Of a stretch of DNA of 64,000 bases, positions 12,321 to 60,890 are shown one piece after another. The stretch is from Eledone cirrhosa (taxonomy: Eukaryota). The stretch lies in contig OZ024760.1 of the NCBI GenBank assembly GCA_964016885.1, positions 16,306,001-16,370,000 of the forward strand, written 5' to 3'. Position numbers and translations under genes: made by a program. Within the stretch, counting starts at the first letter, position 1. The number at the start of each line of letters is the position of its first letter. The notes below the pieces were generated by a model that worked only from the letters and a program-made list of their open reading frames with translations, had not been told where the DNA came from and ran no database searches.

Positions 12321-12401
12321 GATATCTAATAATGCTATATATTCTGTACACACTTTGCTGAGGAATACTGTGTGTGTGTGTGTGTGTGTATATTATGTGT
12401 G

Positions 12402-12438
<37 letters not shown>

Positions 12439-12818
12439 CAGAGAGAGAGAGAGAGAGAGGGGGGGGGGGGAGAAAGAGATGTAGGTGAATGATCGTTAAA
12501 TAGAACAGACAGGTGTAAGTTAGAGATAGACGAGGAGGAGGGGAGTGGAAATAAAGGTTGTCTTCTTTGAAATTGTATCAAGGAGTAATTCATTAGAATC
12601 AGGGCAAAACCCTCCTTTCCTCTCATTAACAACACACACATGTATGTATGCATGTGTATATATAAATAATTATTTATACTAAACTCGTCCTATAGACCGA
12701 TTACCCTTGGATATTTCCACCTAACCTTTACTATATATCAAAGGCATATATTGAGTTAGAAACTCAAAATAGTCTCTTACAATAAATTAGCTCTAGGAAA
12801 GAGATTTTTCCGAGCCGT

Positions 12819-13325
12819 ATAATATAACTGAACAAAAAAGAAAAACGAACACAGACATATATGTGTTCAAATCGTAAGGGACCAGATTCGCTAAGGTGAA
12901 GAGAATACTAACTATAAACAATAGGGTTTGCCAGACTCAATTTAAGAATAAATCAAGAAAATAAATACAAACCACAATTCTGGTTTGTATTTACTTTCTT
13001 GATTTATTCTTAAATTGAGTCTGGCAAACCCTATTGTTTATAGTTAGTATTCTATTCACCTTAGCGAATCTGGTCCCTTACGATTTGAACACGTATATGT
13101 ATGTCTGTGTTCGTTTTTCTTTTTTGTTCAGTTATATTATGTGCGTGTGTGTATGTATATATGTGAGTGTGTGTATATATATATATATATACACATATAT
13201 GAATGCATGTGTGTGTGTGTATGTATCTATATATATATATACATACACACTCACATATATACATACACACACACACATAATATAACTGAACAAAAAAGAA
13301 AAACGAACACAGACATACATATATG
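12819..13325. repeat. Double (nested) palindrome / inverted triplication
   Basis: About 155-bp arms centred near 12977; second axis near 13207; the same 42-nt block occurs +, -, +. Confidence 0.8.
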
Positions 13326-16282
13326 TCCTAGAAACGATCGTAAAATAATGAACTTTTTTTGTTTAATATAAGGAACTGTTTCTTTGTTTATTCATTATTT
13401 TTTTAATAATTTATATATATACATATATGAATGTATGTGCGTGTGTATGTGTTAGAATACGTGTTTAAAATATTCAAACATTAACGAAACACGGTAAACA
13501 AGTAGGCAGAGTGTAGGAATATATTTACTAAGTAGAAACGAGGCAGTGACTTCGAAGTATGGGCGAAGAAAGAAAAATAAGAAAACTATCCATAAAATTA
13601 GTGGGCCGCAAACATGTTCAGGCTTGTGACGGAGAGGTAAGGGTGTTGGACTTACACACTTAATATCATGGGTTCGATTCCTGGACTGCTACAATATACT
13701 CAGCTGAAAACGAGTACCAGCAATAGCTGGGAGTTTAACCCTGCAATGAACTAGCGTTCCATCCACGGGTGAGTTTTGAACTCTCAGTCGCTTAAGGTCA
13801 CAGAAACCGTGATAAGCACTAGCCATTTGAACCTCCTAGCTCAAAACAGCCTTTCGACATTTTAGAACATGTTCAGGATGTATCCTCTAGTTATTGTTAT
13901 CTAAAAGTGATCACAATAAGCGGCTTCCACTGACAGTTCCTTTTCATCATGTTAATTGTATTTTAATAAGCATTTCCATGTATTTCGTAATCTTGTCTGC
14001 AATAAATAAATAAAATATCAAGGTAAGATAACTCTAGATTAATAAAATCAAGAGTTACTTTCCTTGATTGTGTTGGACCTCAGTCAGTTTCCACGAAGAG
14101 TGTTCCATTTGTTTCGAACAACAAAACAGCCTATCCGTTAAATGGCTAAGCATTCCATAAGCAAGTGCATCCTAACATAGCTCCCAGGAAGATTCCGCGT
14201 GACAAAACCGACCCCTTCTTGAATTAGAAGTGCAGCTCATTTTCGCCCGCTGCATCAACTGCAGCAACGTGCTGGCCAAACTCCCTCTCAATCGTTCCAG
14301 TGATGGCACTGGCTCCAACAAATTGGTTTGAGTGTAAAAGCAGAGAGCTCGGCGCTTCGATTGCACTATCCTAAAATGATTTACTTGCAGCTGGACACCA
14401 CTTGTGAAACTAATCGCACGAAGAAACTCCATTGAAAGGAACTTACAGTGAATCACTTTAATGGAGCTGGTTCAATCCACCCTGGGTGGCGTCCAGGGGA
14501 CAAAATGGTGAAAGCATTGTGGTCGAGAACCAGCAACCCTCAATGTCTCAGCTACTTCTATCTCATGTGACACTTTCCTCAGGCAGGATACACTCCTCCC
14601 AATTAGGCAGAAGGAAACGGCAGTTTGGGGGCTATAGACAGTCTTGATGGCAAGCAGTCGGTTATGCCCCAGTATTTAGACATTTTCTGCTCCTCCTTGG
14701 CAGTCCAGAAATTAAGGATGTCTCGGTGTTCAACAATAATGAAAGCAGTCAGCCAAGCCCTGGTTTTAGACTTCTGCTCTTCCTTGTCAGTTCAGAGATT
14801 AAGGATGACTTGATGGTGATCGACAAAAGGGAAGTGGTCAGTCAAATCCCAGTGTTTCGATATCTTCTTTGCAGTGGAAGTCCAGTGACTGAGGAGGACA
14901 CCAGGTCATGATGGTGACCAACATGAAAAAAAAAGCGGAGGGTCAAGACCCAGTATTTGGGTATTTTCTGCTCCTTTCTGGCAGCCCAGTGTCTCAATGG
15001 CAATTGACAAATAGGGAGCAACCTTAACATCAGTATGAGCTGCTGGTTACGGCCAGTTTGAACAAAAGAGGTTAGAGAATTTTGGCTGGATACAGCTGGT
15101 ATAAGGGTTAAAACAACAATTTTGTAATCAAAATAAAAACAACAAAATCTAGCAGATCACATACCAGCAACTTTATTTGGGGGATATATATATATATATT
15201 TATATATTTATATATAGCTACAAACATTACAATAGTACACAAAATCTTGTATAATACAACATGTACAATTAACAAAAAAAAGCTGCACTTTACAACTCAT
15301 TTACAGGTAACTACAGAGAAAAAAAAATTTATAATTCTAGACCCTTGATTTTTTGGCCAAAACAACTGAGAAGAGAGAAAGAGAAGTGAAGAGGAGGAGA
15401 AGGACCCTAAGAGAAGCAGCAAAGTGGACAGCAGCCACATCTTGCTAAGAATTTAACCCAGAACACACAGTTTTGGATGTATGTCTTTGTACAACTGGAA
15501 GAAAAATGGTCGATAAATAGAGTTTAGCTTGTTAAAATATACAATGGCTGGAGGGGAATGGGTAAAATATACAGAAGAAGGCGAGAATTAATTACATATA
15601 TTGTACAAAATGTTAAAATAAATCCAACTTAAAATTGATTCTCAGCCACACACAAACAAATATATGTGCGTGTGTGTACATATATACACATTCACACACA
15701 ATATACCCACTCGTGCGTGGGAGAAAGATATCCCAGAGCGAAATGTTATCGCTGTGGAGTGATGAGGGCTGAGAAAGAAATAGCAGTAGTAGCCATCTTA
15801 AAGGAGAGAGAGAGAGGGGATAGATATAAAGGTGTCATTTAAACTACTAACAGCATTATAATTTGGACAGAATTAACAATTGTCTAGAATACCTAATGAT
15901 AGGAGGGGAGGGATATATACATACATACATATACACACCTATATGTATACGCATATATACCTATGTACAAACACTTGTATATATACATATATACCTATAC
16001 CTATATACATATGCATATATATGTATATGATGTATACATATACACATATATACACCTATATTTACATATATACACCCATATATATGTATATACATATTAT
16101 ATACTTACATATCTACATATATATATCTATATATCATATACCTACATATATATATACATGCTCAGAACATTTTCCAAAATGGGAAAATAGCTGCAAGAAA
16201 CTGAAAAAAAAAGCAGAAAACGTCCCGATCAAATATATATTGTCTGTGAGAAGGGGAAGGGTGACACCTTTGAGATTACACT

Positions 16283-16610
16283 AAACAGATGTGGGCCAAC
16301 GAGCCAGGCCAGACTAACCAGATGTAGCCAATGAACCAAGTCACACTAACCATGTGTAAGCCAAGGAACTAGCCAGGCCACACTAACCAGATGTAGTCAA
16401 CAAACTTGCCAAGCTACACTAACCAGATGTAGATGAGCTAGCTAGGCCACACTAACCAGATGTAGTCAAGGAACTAGCCAGGCCACACTAACCAGATGTA
16501 GTCAACAAACTTGCCAAGCTACACTAACCAGATGTAGATGAGCTAGCTAGGCCACACTAACCAGATGTAGTCAAGGAACTAACCAGGCCACACTAACCAT
16601 GTGTAGACGA
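16283..16610. repeat. 33-36-bp minisatellite with a higher-order period of about 105 bp
   Basis: cacactaaccagatgtag units. Confidence 0.85.
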
Positions 16611-16853
16611 CCACGAGAGAGAGAGAAAGAGAGAGAGATCACCAATGGCAACTATATTATAAACCTTCCAATCATACTTTTTCGTAGGAAACCAATATGA
16701 AGGAGGCGATGGCAGGGAGGGGACTTAGCAGAGTCTTAATATCTAGAAGAGAGAGAGAACACTACATATAGAAGAGGAAAGAGATACAGAACATTTAAAA
16801 GTAAAAACTACAAAAGCTAATATTGAACAGCAATATTTAAAATCAAAAGAACC

Positions 16854-16884
<31 letters not shown>

Positions 16885-17509
16885 TTTAAATTAAAATCAT
16901 TTGAAAAGTAATAAGTGGAGAGGGGAGCAGTTTAAACAAAGAAATAAACTGATGTTGGGTAGCCTTAAAGTTATTTTCCCTGGTTAACAGAGAACATGCT
17001 CTCACCCCCACCCCCCAAAAGTATATAGGGACATTAAATGTTTGAATACAAAGACATCCCCACAGCAAGAATATGGAGGGGAATGTCTAGAGACATACCC
17101 AGAATTAAGTTATAGAGGTGGGGTGTCTGGAGACACACCCAGAGCTAAAATAGAGAAGAGGGAGGAGTATCTATATAGACACACCCACAGCTAAGATATA
17201 GAAATAAGAGAAATGCCTAAGACCACCAAATCACTAAATAAAACTTGAATCAAAATTCCTGTTGCTTTGAATTGAAACACTAAGGGTATTCCAGTAGTGC
17301 TGCCGAGTACACAGAAAATATAAAGAGTAGGGTAGGGTTTATTCCTATAGAAATTCTTCAATACAGAATTGTGGAGAGAAAAGCACCACCTCAATGTTAG
17401 AAACTAAAATAAAACTTTAAACAATTAGTCCATAAAGTTTTCCTTTCCTTTGTACCCTAAGGGCTGTTATGGTAACTAAGCATATTTCAGAGAGAACCAA
17501 GAAGGAACA

Positions 17510-17559
<50 letters not shown>

Positions 17560-18915
17560 CTACACAGATTGGATTAAGTAAACTGAGATAGAAAATATGC
17601 CAAACTTAATTGTAACTATCCAACACTATTTCAAATATTCTAATATTCTCAGAAAATCCTTAGCCTCATAGCTATAGTCTTAAACACGTATGTAATGTCA
17701 TTCTAAATATTTATTCATAAATCATAAACTACCAAAGACCTCACTACAGATGCACAATAGTTTGGTTTTCCTTGCCTAAAATAAAGGTTTGATATTGGAC
17801 AAAGTCTAACTAATATCCATATAATATCACTAACAAAAAAAATGCCTGAACCGTTTCTTTTTTTTTTTTTGATTGATCAAACAAATATTTGGTTTGGAGT
17901 AGAAAATATTGGGGGGGAAAAATACAATAATTAAAGCAATTAAAAAAAAAGAAAAAAAAAAAGCAAACTGCCAATCCTCCCAACCCGACCAATTAAATAA
18001 TTTGCCCAGTTAGTTCCATTGAAACTTTATCCAATGGATTTGTACAAAAAGGTCTCCAAATTTTCCAAGGTATGAAATATGTAGAGCAAGGGAAAGAAAG
18101 ATAGATAGATAGAGAGATATATAGATGTCAACAGTGACATCATTCCTATCATTAAAAGGGGCCACATATACTGAAAGGTTTACTTTTAATTCTCCAGAAG
18201 AAAAATAATACCCTTTATTCATTTTTTTTTTATAATAATAGCTACATAAAGAGAGAGAAGGATAAGAAGAGGACAAGGAAATTTTTTTGGGTCTTGTGTC
18301 TTGTTTCTGTTTTTTGTAAATACTCTTTTTTTTTTTACAGTACAAAAAATTACAAAGTCTATATAGCAATAAAAATAGTTCAATTTTATAGTTGAACATA
18401 AACAGTAAAACCAATTTATAAGTCGGTTCAAGTTATACACACTGAAAAAACTGATTTATACACATACTCAAAAATGTTTTGGATTTTATACACACTCAAA
18501 AGCCATCAAATCATAACACTTTTGGGGAGAAATATACAGATATAAACATATACATACATACACATACGGGCATGTATGTACATATATACATACATACACA
18601 TTTGATAAACATTACCTAGAGTTTACACACAGGAAGACGAAGCATTGATATTTACAAAAAAATGTCAATAGAATAATGGGACGACTGACAAGGAGAGAGA
18701 AAGAGAATAAGAGAAAGACAGACGGAGATTGATATAGAGAATGACAGCAGAAGAGAAAAAACAAATAAATAAGATGTACATATTTTCAAGTAGTTTGACT
18801 GTTCGGAGGAGAGAAAGAAAGCAAGTGGGACGAGGAGATATATATATGAAATGTTATATAGAGATGAGATGAGAGAGAAATAGAGAGTAAAGCTATTTAT
18901 AATACATGGAACTGG

Positions 18916-18948
<33 letters not shown>

Positions 18949-19319
18949 TATAATTCCACACGACTTAATGAGAAGTGAAACAACTCCAGAGAGATGATGT
19001 TAACAGAAATTTAAGATGGTCTGGTGAATATTTGATATGTTAATAAGCATTCAGAATTTAAATAAAGATTATTTAAAGAATTGTTTTTAGTCTAGCTTAG
19101 AGAAAGAAATGTTGGGAGTAATAATGGGCCAGTTAAATTATTTATTGCAAAGAGGCTTTAGGGAAAAAATGAATTATTAACAAGATGAAATAATGGAGGG
19201 GGGGGGGAGAGAGAAGACATTATGTTGGATCTTACACTATTCTATTGGTGATGAGTGTTCCAGTCACTTGAACAATGGAACACTGCAAGTGCCTGAGCAT
19301 TCCACAGATGCATATACCC

Positions 19320-19525
19320 ATAACCCATTAGCATTTAAACCGGCTGTATCGGGCCAGAATTCCCTCACCTTTTTCTGTTCAAACTGGCCACTCATACTGA
19401 TGTCAAACTATTGTTCTCAAAATAAATAACATCAAAATCTCATAGATTCGATATTATGCGAGATAACGCCTTTACCACAAAACTACAATAGTATATAGAG
19501 AGTAATGTAAATGCTAAAGGGTTAA
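19320..19525 (-). mobile_element. piggyBac-type MITE, opposite orientation
   Basis: Same family. Confidence 0.8.
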
Positions 19526-21559
19526 TGTAATTCTTAAGGAAATTCAGCATGACACAGCAGGTGTAACAAAGCCAGCTCTTTGAATTACAGGTGGAATTCA
19601 GTGCTGCTAGTTGGCAGTATTGGAGCAATGTGAAATAGTGTCAAGCTCGAGGATAATGTGGTATCAGGAATCAAACTCACAACCTTACAGCCATAGAGCT
19701 AAGAATCCTAACCAGTAAACTACGAGCCTTCACACAGGACATTATATATATATATTCAGGCATTAAATATATGACTGGGAAGAAGAATTAAACCATTGCA
19801 TTAAAGTTATTTTAAATGAATTTAAATGCCTAGATTTTAAAATTTACAAAATGTGACATGAATGATGTCCCCCTTCCGAGGGTTTTGATGGTGACGACTT
19901 GGCTGTTTGATAAACTGAACCACCTACATATTAAATTAACTCGTATGTGGTTGAGTATTCGACAGACATGTGTACCCTTAACACAATCCACAGGCAGAAC
20001 CAGCCTAGGGCATTATCAATCACAGGTACAGCTCATTCTGTGGACTTCTATACAGTTTCTGACTACCCAATTCCCCATCACAAGGCCTATAAGACACTTG
20101 TCTAAGATGCCATGTGGTAGGATCTAACCCAGGACCCCAGGAACATGAAGTAAACTTAACCCCTTATCCATGCCAGCACCTACATGTACTTTTAAATTAG
20201 TATATACACAGTAACAAAATCTATATAGTGATTGCATGGATGTATATGTACGTATGTATATACACACATACACAATAGTATATATATACAGTAACACTAT
20301 CTATAGTGATTGCATGTGCATGGTTATCTGAATATGTATGAGCTTACATATATATATATATACATACATACAGACACACATATACATATACACACATATA
20401 TATATACATACACACATATATATATATATATATACATACACACATATACATATATACACACACACATATATATATATACACATACACAACCAAAATCTAC
20501 ACCTTAAAGAAAAAACATGAAATTAGATTTGCTTTATTCATTTGATTAAATTGTGTTTATTTCGAGATCTTGAATAAACTCCAACAGGGAGAAGAATTAA
20601 AAACTAACTTTCAAACAAATCCAGGATCACAGCAAAAATTTTAAATTCATTCACTCATCCATCCATCAATAGTCACTCACACACACAAACACATATATAC
20701 ACATATACATAGGAATGTTACCTTCAAGTCATAGTGACAAAACAATGATGAAGAGATGGAGAGAAGGAAGAAAAGAGGAATAGAAAAGAGAAGACAATGC
20801 CCCCCACCCCCCTTTTAACCCAGACAACACTGTAACCAAGAAATGAGGTGGAAGTTGTTATGTGAATGGACTTTAATCATTATTCTATATACAAAGTTAT
20901 TGAACCAAATAAAGATTTAAAAAAACTGTCTATTTATATGTATATATATATATATATTTATATATTTATAATCTATACAAAATTTGGTGAGTTTTGTCTT
21001 TAAATTTAAAGAGATTTAAAAAAAAAAAAAAAAATAGTTCTTTTTATCCAGAACTGATATGGGTGTGTGAAGGCAACAGAAAGGTCGCCTGTTGTGTTGT
21101 TAAATATACATAGTATACAGATATATTACACAAGGTGACAAGAGTCAGAATAATTTTGTGATGGAGTTTTTATTTTACAGATTTACATCTTTCTACAAAA
21201 AGGAATTGGAGATGTTATGAATGTACTAGAGGGGGATGGAGTGAATGTCTGGGGGGAAAAATGGTGGGGACAACTGGAGAAATATGTCACTGCCAACCTC
21301 AACTCCGAGCAGTCAGATGAGATAGAGAAATACAAGGAGAGAGGAGCGAGGGTTGTTAATAGTGTTTTTTTGTTAAATAGTTGCCGAACCTTGGTTTAAA
21401 ATCTTATTTACATAGTTAATTACAAAGAATGGAGTCTGTTTTAAACATGAAACAATGTACAATTAAGTAACTAATTAAAAGGAGAGGGTGGCTGGGGTTA
21501 CAATGTTGCAGGGTCTCCCTTAACAAAAAGGCTATAAATAACAATGTTATATATACATA

Positions 21560-21590
<31 letters not shown>

Positions 21591-21603
21591 TACATACACA
21601 TGC

Positions 21604-21666
<63 letters not shown>

Positions 21667-23620
21667 GAGTGTTTTGGGTTGATGGCTTACAAGCTTCACT
21701 TACATACACACCTTACAACTTTGCACAGAACTATTTGTGGCAGTTTCGGATATAGAAAGGTAGGGAGAAAATAGAAATAGATATTTGTGAAGATTAATTA
21801 CAGATCAAAGCAGAAAATATGAGAGAAGGTATATTATAGGTGGTGGTGGTGGTGGTGGTTGTTGTCATGGCAACCAACCCAGTGTTGGGGGGAGAATTAA
21901 GGTAGGGCCAGCACCCAGTTACAACAACGACCTGACACACACAGACAGACAGACAGCTATAATATATATATATATATTTACACATATATATATATATAGA
22001 GACACCGACAGAAAATCATGAATTACTGAGAAGTTCTTCAGACAACAGAGATATATATGGCAAAAAACTGTACAATCATATCAAAATTAAGACTTCATGA
22101 TACAAACATAGCACCCAGTAGTCTGTACAATACTGTTGCCTCATTTACTATATTACAACTATACAAGAATTAGTTCAAATCCTACAAAGAATGTACAGCC
22201 AAGATGCAGAAAAAAAACAACAAGAATAGCCTGACCATTTTGTTGAAACAAACTTCAAGAATTAAAATGTTTTTTTTTTGTAGTAGTTTTTTTTTTGTTT
22301 TTGTTTCTTCACCAAAAATGTATATATATATTTAAATATTTATTTACTAGATATCTACACATTAGACAAAGATTGATATATTATATAGCAAAAATGAAAC
22401 ACACTTTTACAAAACCATAAAAAAAAAAAAAAAAAAAACCTTATTGATTTACCTACTTCGTTAAACTTTTATATAGATGAGATTTTTTTTAACACTAATG
22501 AGAACTTAACTGGCACACACAGCCAAACATATACTGCTTTATTGGAAAGTTTCAAGTCATATTAAGAGGGTTAATATCAACAATTTACTTCAAGTGAACA
22601 ACAGTTCAACAGCTAAAATCTAAAAACAGAGACAGTTTGTTCCAACAAAACGCCGGCTTGATTTTACAATAGAATCGTGGCATCTTTTCCACGTGAAGTA
22701 AGATTTCACACAAACTTGCGTGTTTCTCTTACAAATCCAAAAAGCTTCAATGGGAGCAGAAAAAAAAAAAAAAAAAAAAAAAAAACTATCACATGAAATG
22801 GCAGCGGCAAATGGCCCACCACCCGTGATGGATGAACAGCAGTGATGGTGAGAACACATCTACTACCGCTGCAGCTGTAGTTGTTGCTTGCTCATTTTGG
22901 GTTTCACATGTGTTGGGTGTGTGAGCTAATGTTTTTTTTAGTGTGTCATCGTGTGTACAAAGAGAGCGAGAGAACCATACAATCCCCTTTCACACTACGG
23001 TGAGACACGACACCACACTACATCACATCGCAGAGCAGTGGTAGTAGAGAGAGAAACACCTTATTACTTACAAAGGTAATGGTGGTGGTGGTGGGATGAG
23101 TGAATAGTGAGAAATGTGAATATACAGATGCTACCTGTACACACATATTTACACTTTACAATATTATCATTTCACAAATTTGCTGCTACAACCAACTGGA
23201 GAGAGAGAGAGATAATATATATTTATATATATAGAAGATTGTCAAACTAATTAAATGATAAATTTGGGAGGGCTTTAATTGGAAATTAAAAACACAAAAC
23301 TAATTGAAGTGCCAATGGTGGAAAAAAAAAAAAGGGGGGGGGGGGGGGGCTATTAAACCCTCCCCTGAAATTGCCAGTTACTGATGGTAGAAAGGAGAAA
23401 GCAGAGATTCAAAGAGAGAAATGCAAGCAGGTGAATTGGCACTTTCTTGTAGAAGACGAGGTAACATAAAACAAACTTTATTGATAGACTTCAACAAAAT
23501 ATTGGAAGAAACTGAAAGGACGAGGGCAAATGGCTCGGGGATAGATATTTAGACAGGTATGTCTAGACTAGAGATAAGGGAGGATGGATTGAATCTTTAG
23601 AAAACTCAAAACTAGAATAA

Positions 23621-23677
<57 letters not shown>

Positions 23678-25279
23678 TATACATATATAAGAGTTGAGAG
23701 AGATAAAAGTAAAATGGCAAAGAAATTTCAACAGTTTTTTTTAACTGAAGAATCAATTCAATAGGCTGAATTAAATTAAATTTCTTAATCCTCCTATCAT
23801 TGAATTAATGAAACAGGATAATTCTTGGAGGAAGAAAAAATAAAGATTAGCTGATCTGTTGGAAAACAATACAAGAACTGAGGAGGAAATCCTCGTGTAA
23901 GGTAAGACATTGCTCTAACAGACTTCTGTATAGTAAGACCCTGGTCTATCGTAAATACCAACAGTCAATGGGATGTATTTAAAAAGGGGACAGGAGTGAA
24001 AGTTGGGGCACAGCAGTGAATATACATACACGTTGAAGTGGAGGGGGGGTAAAAAGGGGTAGAGTGTGAAAATATTTCAGTGATTTCCCAGCAAAACAGT
24101 AAACGGTGGAGAGAGAGAGAGAGAGAGAGAAAGAGAAAATATTCAAAATGTTTGAGACAGCACAAGTAGCAATGTCAAAGCCCACTATATATCCCTTTGT
24201 TCTTGGGTGGGGTGGTGGGTATTAATGTGTTTTTATGTATATATATACACATCTGTCTATATATATATATATATATATTTATATACATACATAGACACTG
24301 ACACAGAACAAGTATACAGAATAAGCATTTGAGGCAAAAAAATACGAAAACCTTACAATAGTTTCAATAATTGCCAACATTTTACAATATCAGAATCTAA
24401 AACTGGTATTTCATATACACACATATATATATATATATATACTCACATATACATATAATATATACACACACACACACAGAATATCCAGGAACTTTGTGTG
24501 AGCACTCATGTATGAGTGTTGTTACACAGAAAGGAAACACCTGCAAATCTCCAAGATTGTAAACACAGTAAACCCACACTTATCTCACTAAAAGTCAAAT
24601 GTTGTTGTTGTTGTTACAATAACAGCAAGATTTACAAAACTGTCGATCAATTACTTATATATATGTGTATACATACATACACATATATATATTTTGTTAA
24701 TATGAATTGTCTTGAATTTTCAAAAAACTGGTGACATGTTAAAACCTCACACCGATACTAAAACACATGAAAAATGTCGAACAAAGGCGCAGAAGAAGAA
24801 GCAAATAACATAATGAACTTGATAATGCTACATGGAGATCTCAAATATCTAAGACAAACTTATATAAAGTATTCAATCATCATCACCATATAGTAATAAT
24901 ACCACAACCTGATACAAAACAGTGGCGCAGGGGGTCTATCCTGCTCCGAAGAGAGAGGAGGGGGAGTCATAACTTGTAGCAGTGTGTGTATGTGTTTGCG
25001 TGTCTATGTCTGTATATGTGTGTTTGTGTGTGTGAATGTGGCTACAAATAGAATTTGATTTAGGGCTCCAATCTATAAACCTTCACCTCTAAAATTAGAC
25101 ATTTTGTTGACCACAAAGGTCACCAACAAAAATCTACCAGCCCCACTTTAACTAACTTTTTATCCCTTCATGACAATGATGTGGGGAATAAAAGAAAGAA
25201 AAAAAGAAATTGAGTTTTAAAAAAATCTAAAGAAAAAAAAAAAAACCATTGTTTGCAAGGAAAGCTGTGAATGGTCACC

Positions 25280-59197
<33,918 letters not shown>

Positions 59198-59647
59198 TCA
59201 CGGTTCGTTAATATCATTTCTCAAGTCTGAAATGGAAATAGGGGCCACATTATATATATATATATATACATACATACACACATTATATACATACTGGAGG
59301 CGAGACACATTGAACAATATATATACATCACACACACACACACACTAATGTTTAGGTGTGTATTTATACATACATACATACATATATATAGACACACACA
59401 CACGTGTGTATTTATACATACATATTAATTTGAAGGGAGCAGATCAGATATTCATGCATTTATACACACTATATATATATAAAGTATATAAACACAGATA
59501 GAATGACATTTAGAGCGAAATATATATTGACGGGGGGTAAACGAAACATATATATATATATATGTATATAGCATATATATATATATATATATATGTTATA
59601 TACATAGAGGGGAACAGTTAGATTCAGTTGTATAGATCTATAAAAAG

Positions 59648-59686
<39 letters not shown>

Positions 59687-59706
59687 GTTTATATGTAGTA
59701 AGAGCG

Positions 59707-59764
<58 letters not shown>

Positions 59765-60504
59765 CATGATCAATAAAATAGGGTGATTGCATATAAAGAG
59801 GGTTGTATATACGTTTAATCTATATACATTTATTAAACATCATTCTCTGTATATATATATATATATATAGATAGATATATATATGGCATGATTACAATTA
59901 CTAGATGTTTAACAAGAGATAATTGAAGAGAAAGATAGCTAGATACATAATATAACGTAGAGCTGGAGACAATGAAAGGGCAAGAAAATGACTAATATGT
60001 GTGCCATTACATGAAGTTGTTATCGACATTTAAAGTAATGTACAAGGGAGAAGAAAGCAGCAACATATAACAACATGGCGGGACATAGAGAAAATATAAT
60101 TGAGAAGAAACATACATGTCTTGTAGCTTTGTATACCTCATAAATGTATATATAAATATAAATAATAAATATTATATTATATATATTATATTGTATGGTA
60201 TTATATATGCATATAAATATATAATGCCCGCTCTCGCTGAAGAAGAAAAGCTTTGTTTGCAGTCGGGTTTTGTAGCAGATCAATTGTGCAAAACTAAAAT
60301 AGCTATGAACGAAACGAAACCAGAGATTCTGAAATGTTTGCTAGAATGTTTGAAGTGTGAAAATAAAAAAGTTACAAACCGTGATGACATCGGATTAAAA
60401 AAAGGATTTGACGCTTGTAATAACAACCACTTCACAACATGGCGAACGGCATTTGGCAGCCGCAATGCATGACGGGTACCATGTGCTGCTGTTAATGCTG
60501 CTGC

Positions 60505-60890
60505 TATTACTGATGATGATGATGATGTTACAGTTACTACTGTAGTTTGATAATGATATTGATGATAATAATAGTTACTACTGTAGTTTGATGATAATGA
60601 TACAGTTACTACTATAGTTTGATGATGATGATGATGATACAGTTACTACTATAGTTTGATGATGATGATGATGATACAGTTACTACTATAGTTTGATGAT
60701 GATGATGATACAGTTACTACTATAGTTTGATGATAGTGATGATGGTGATGGTGATGATAATAGTCACAACTATAGTTTGATAATGATGTTTACGATGATG
60801 ATGATCTATTAGTTCTATAGTTTGGTGATGATACTTGACACTACTATAGTTTGATAATGATAGTTATGATAGTAATGATGATGATGATGA
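60505..60890. repeat. (GAT)n-containing minisatellite
   Basis: gatacagttactactatagtttgatgat units. Confidence 0.85.

Larger units (their letters stand above)
15150..25279 (-). other. Probable very long pumilio 3' UTR with several candidate poly(A) signals
   Basis: U-rich on the - strand, few transposons, AATAAA on the - strand at 23477, 22538, 20533 and 15172; the extent is inferred. Confidence 0.5.

Noticed and set aside
14100-15010. GC-richer block with short ORFs and degenerate repeats of about 90 bp
   Set aside because: No recognisable protein and multiple stops; probably a decayed repeat
60116-60472. 118-aa + strand ORF
   Set aside because: No recognisable homology or splice partners, and it overlaps the likely pumilio promoter/5' UTR on the opposite strand
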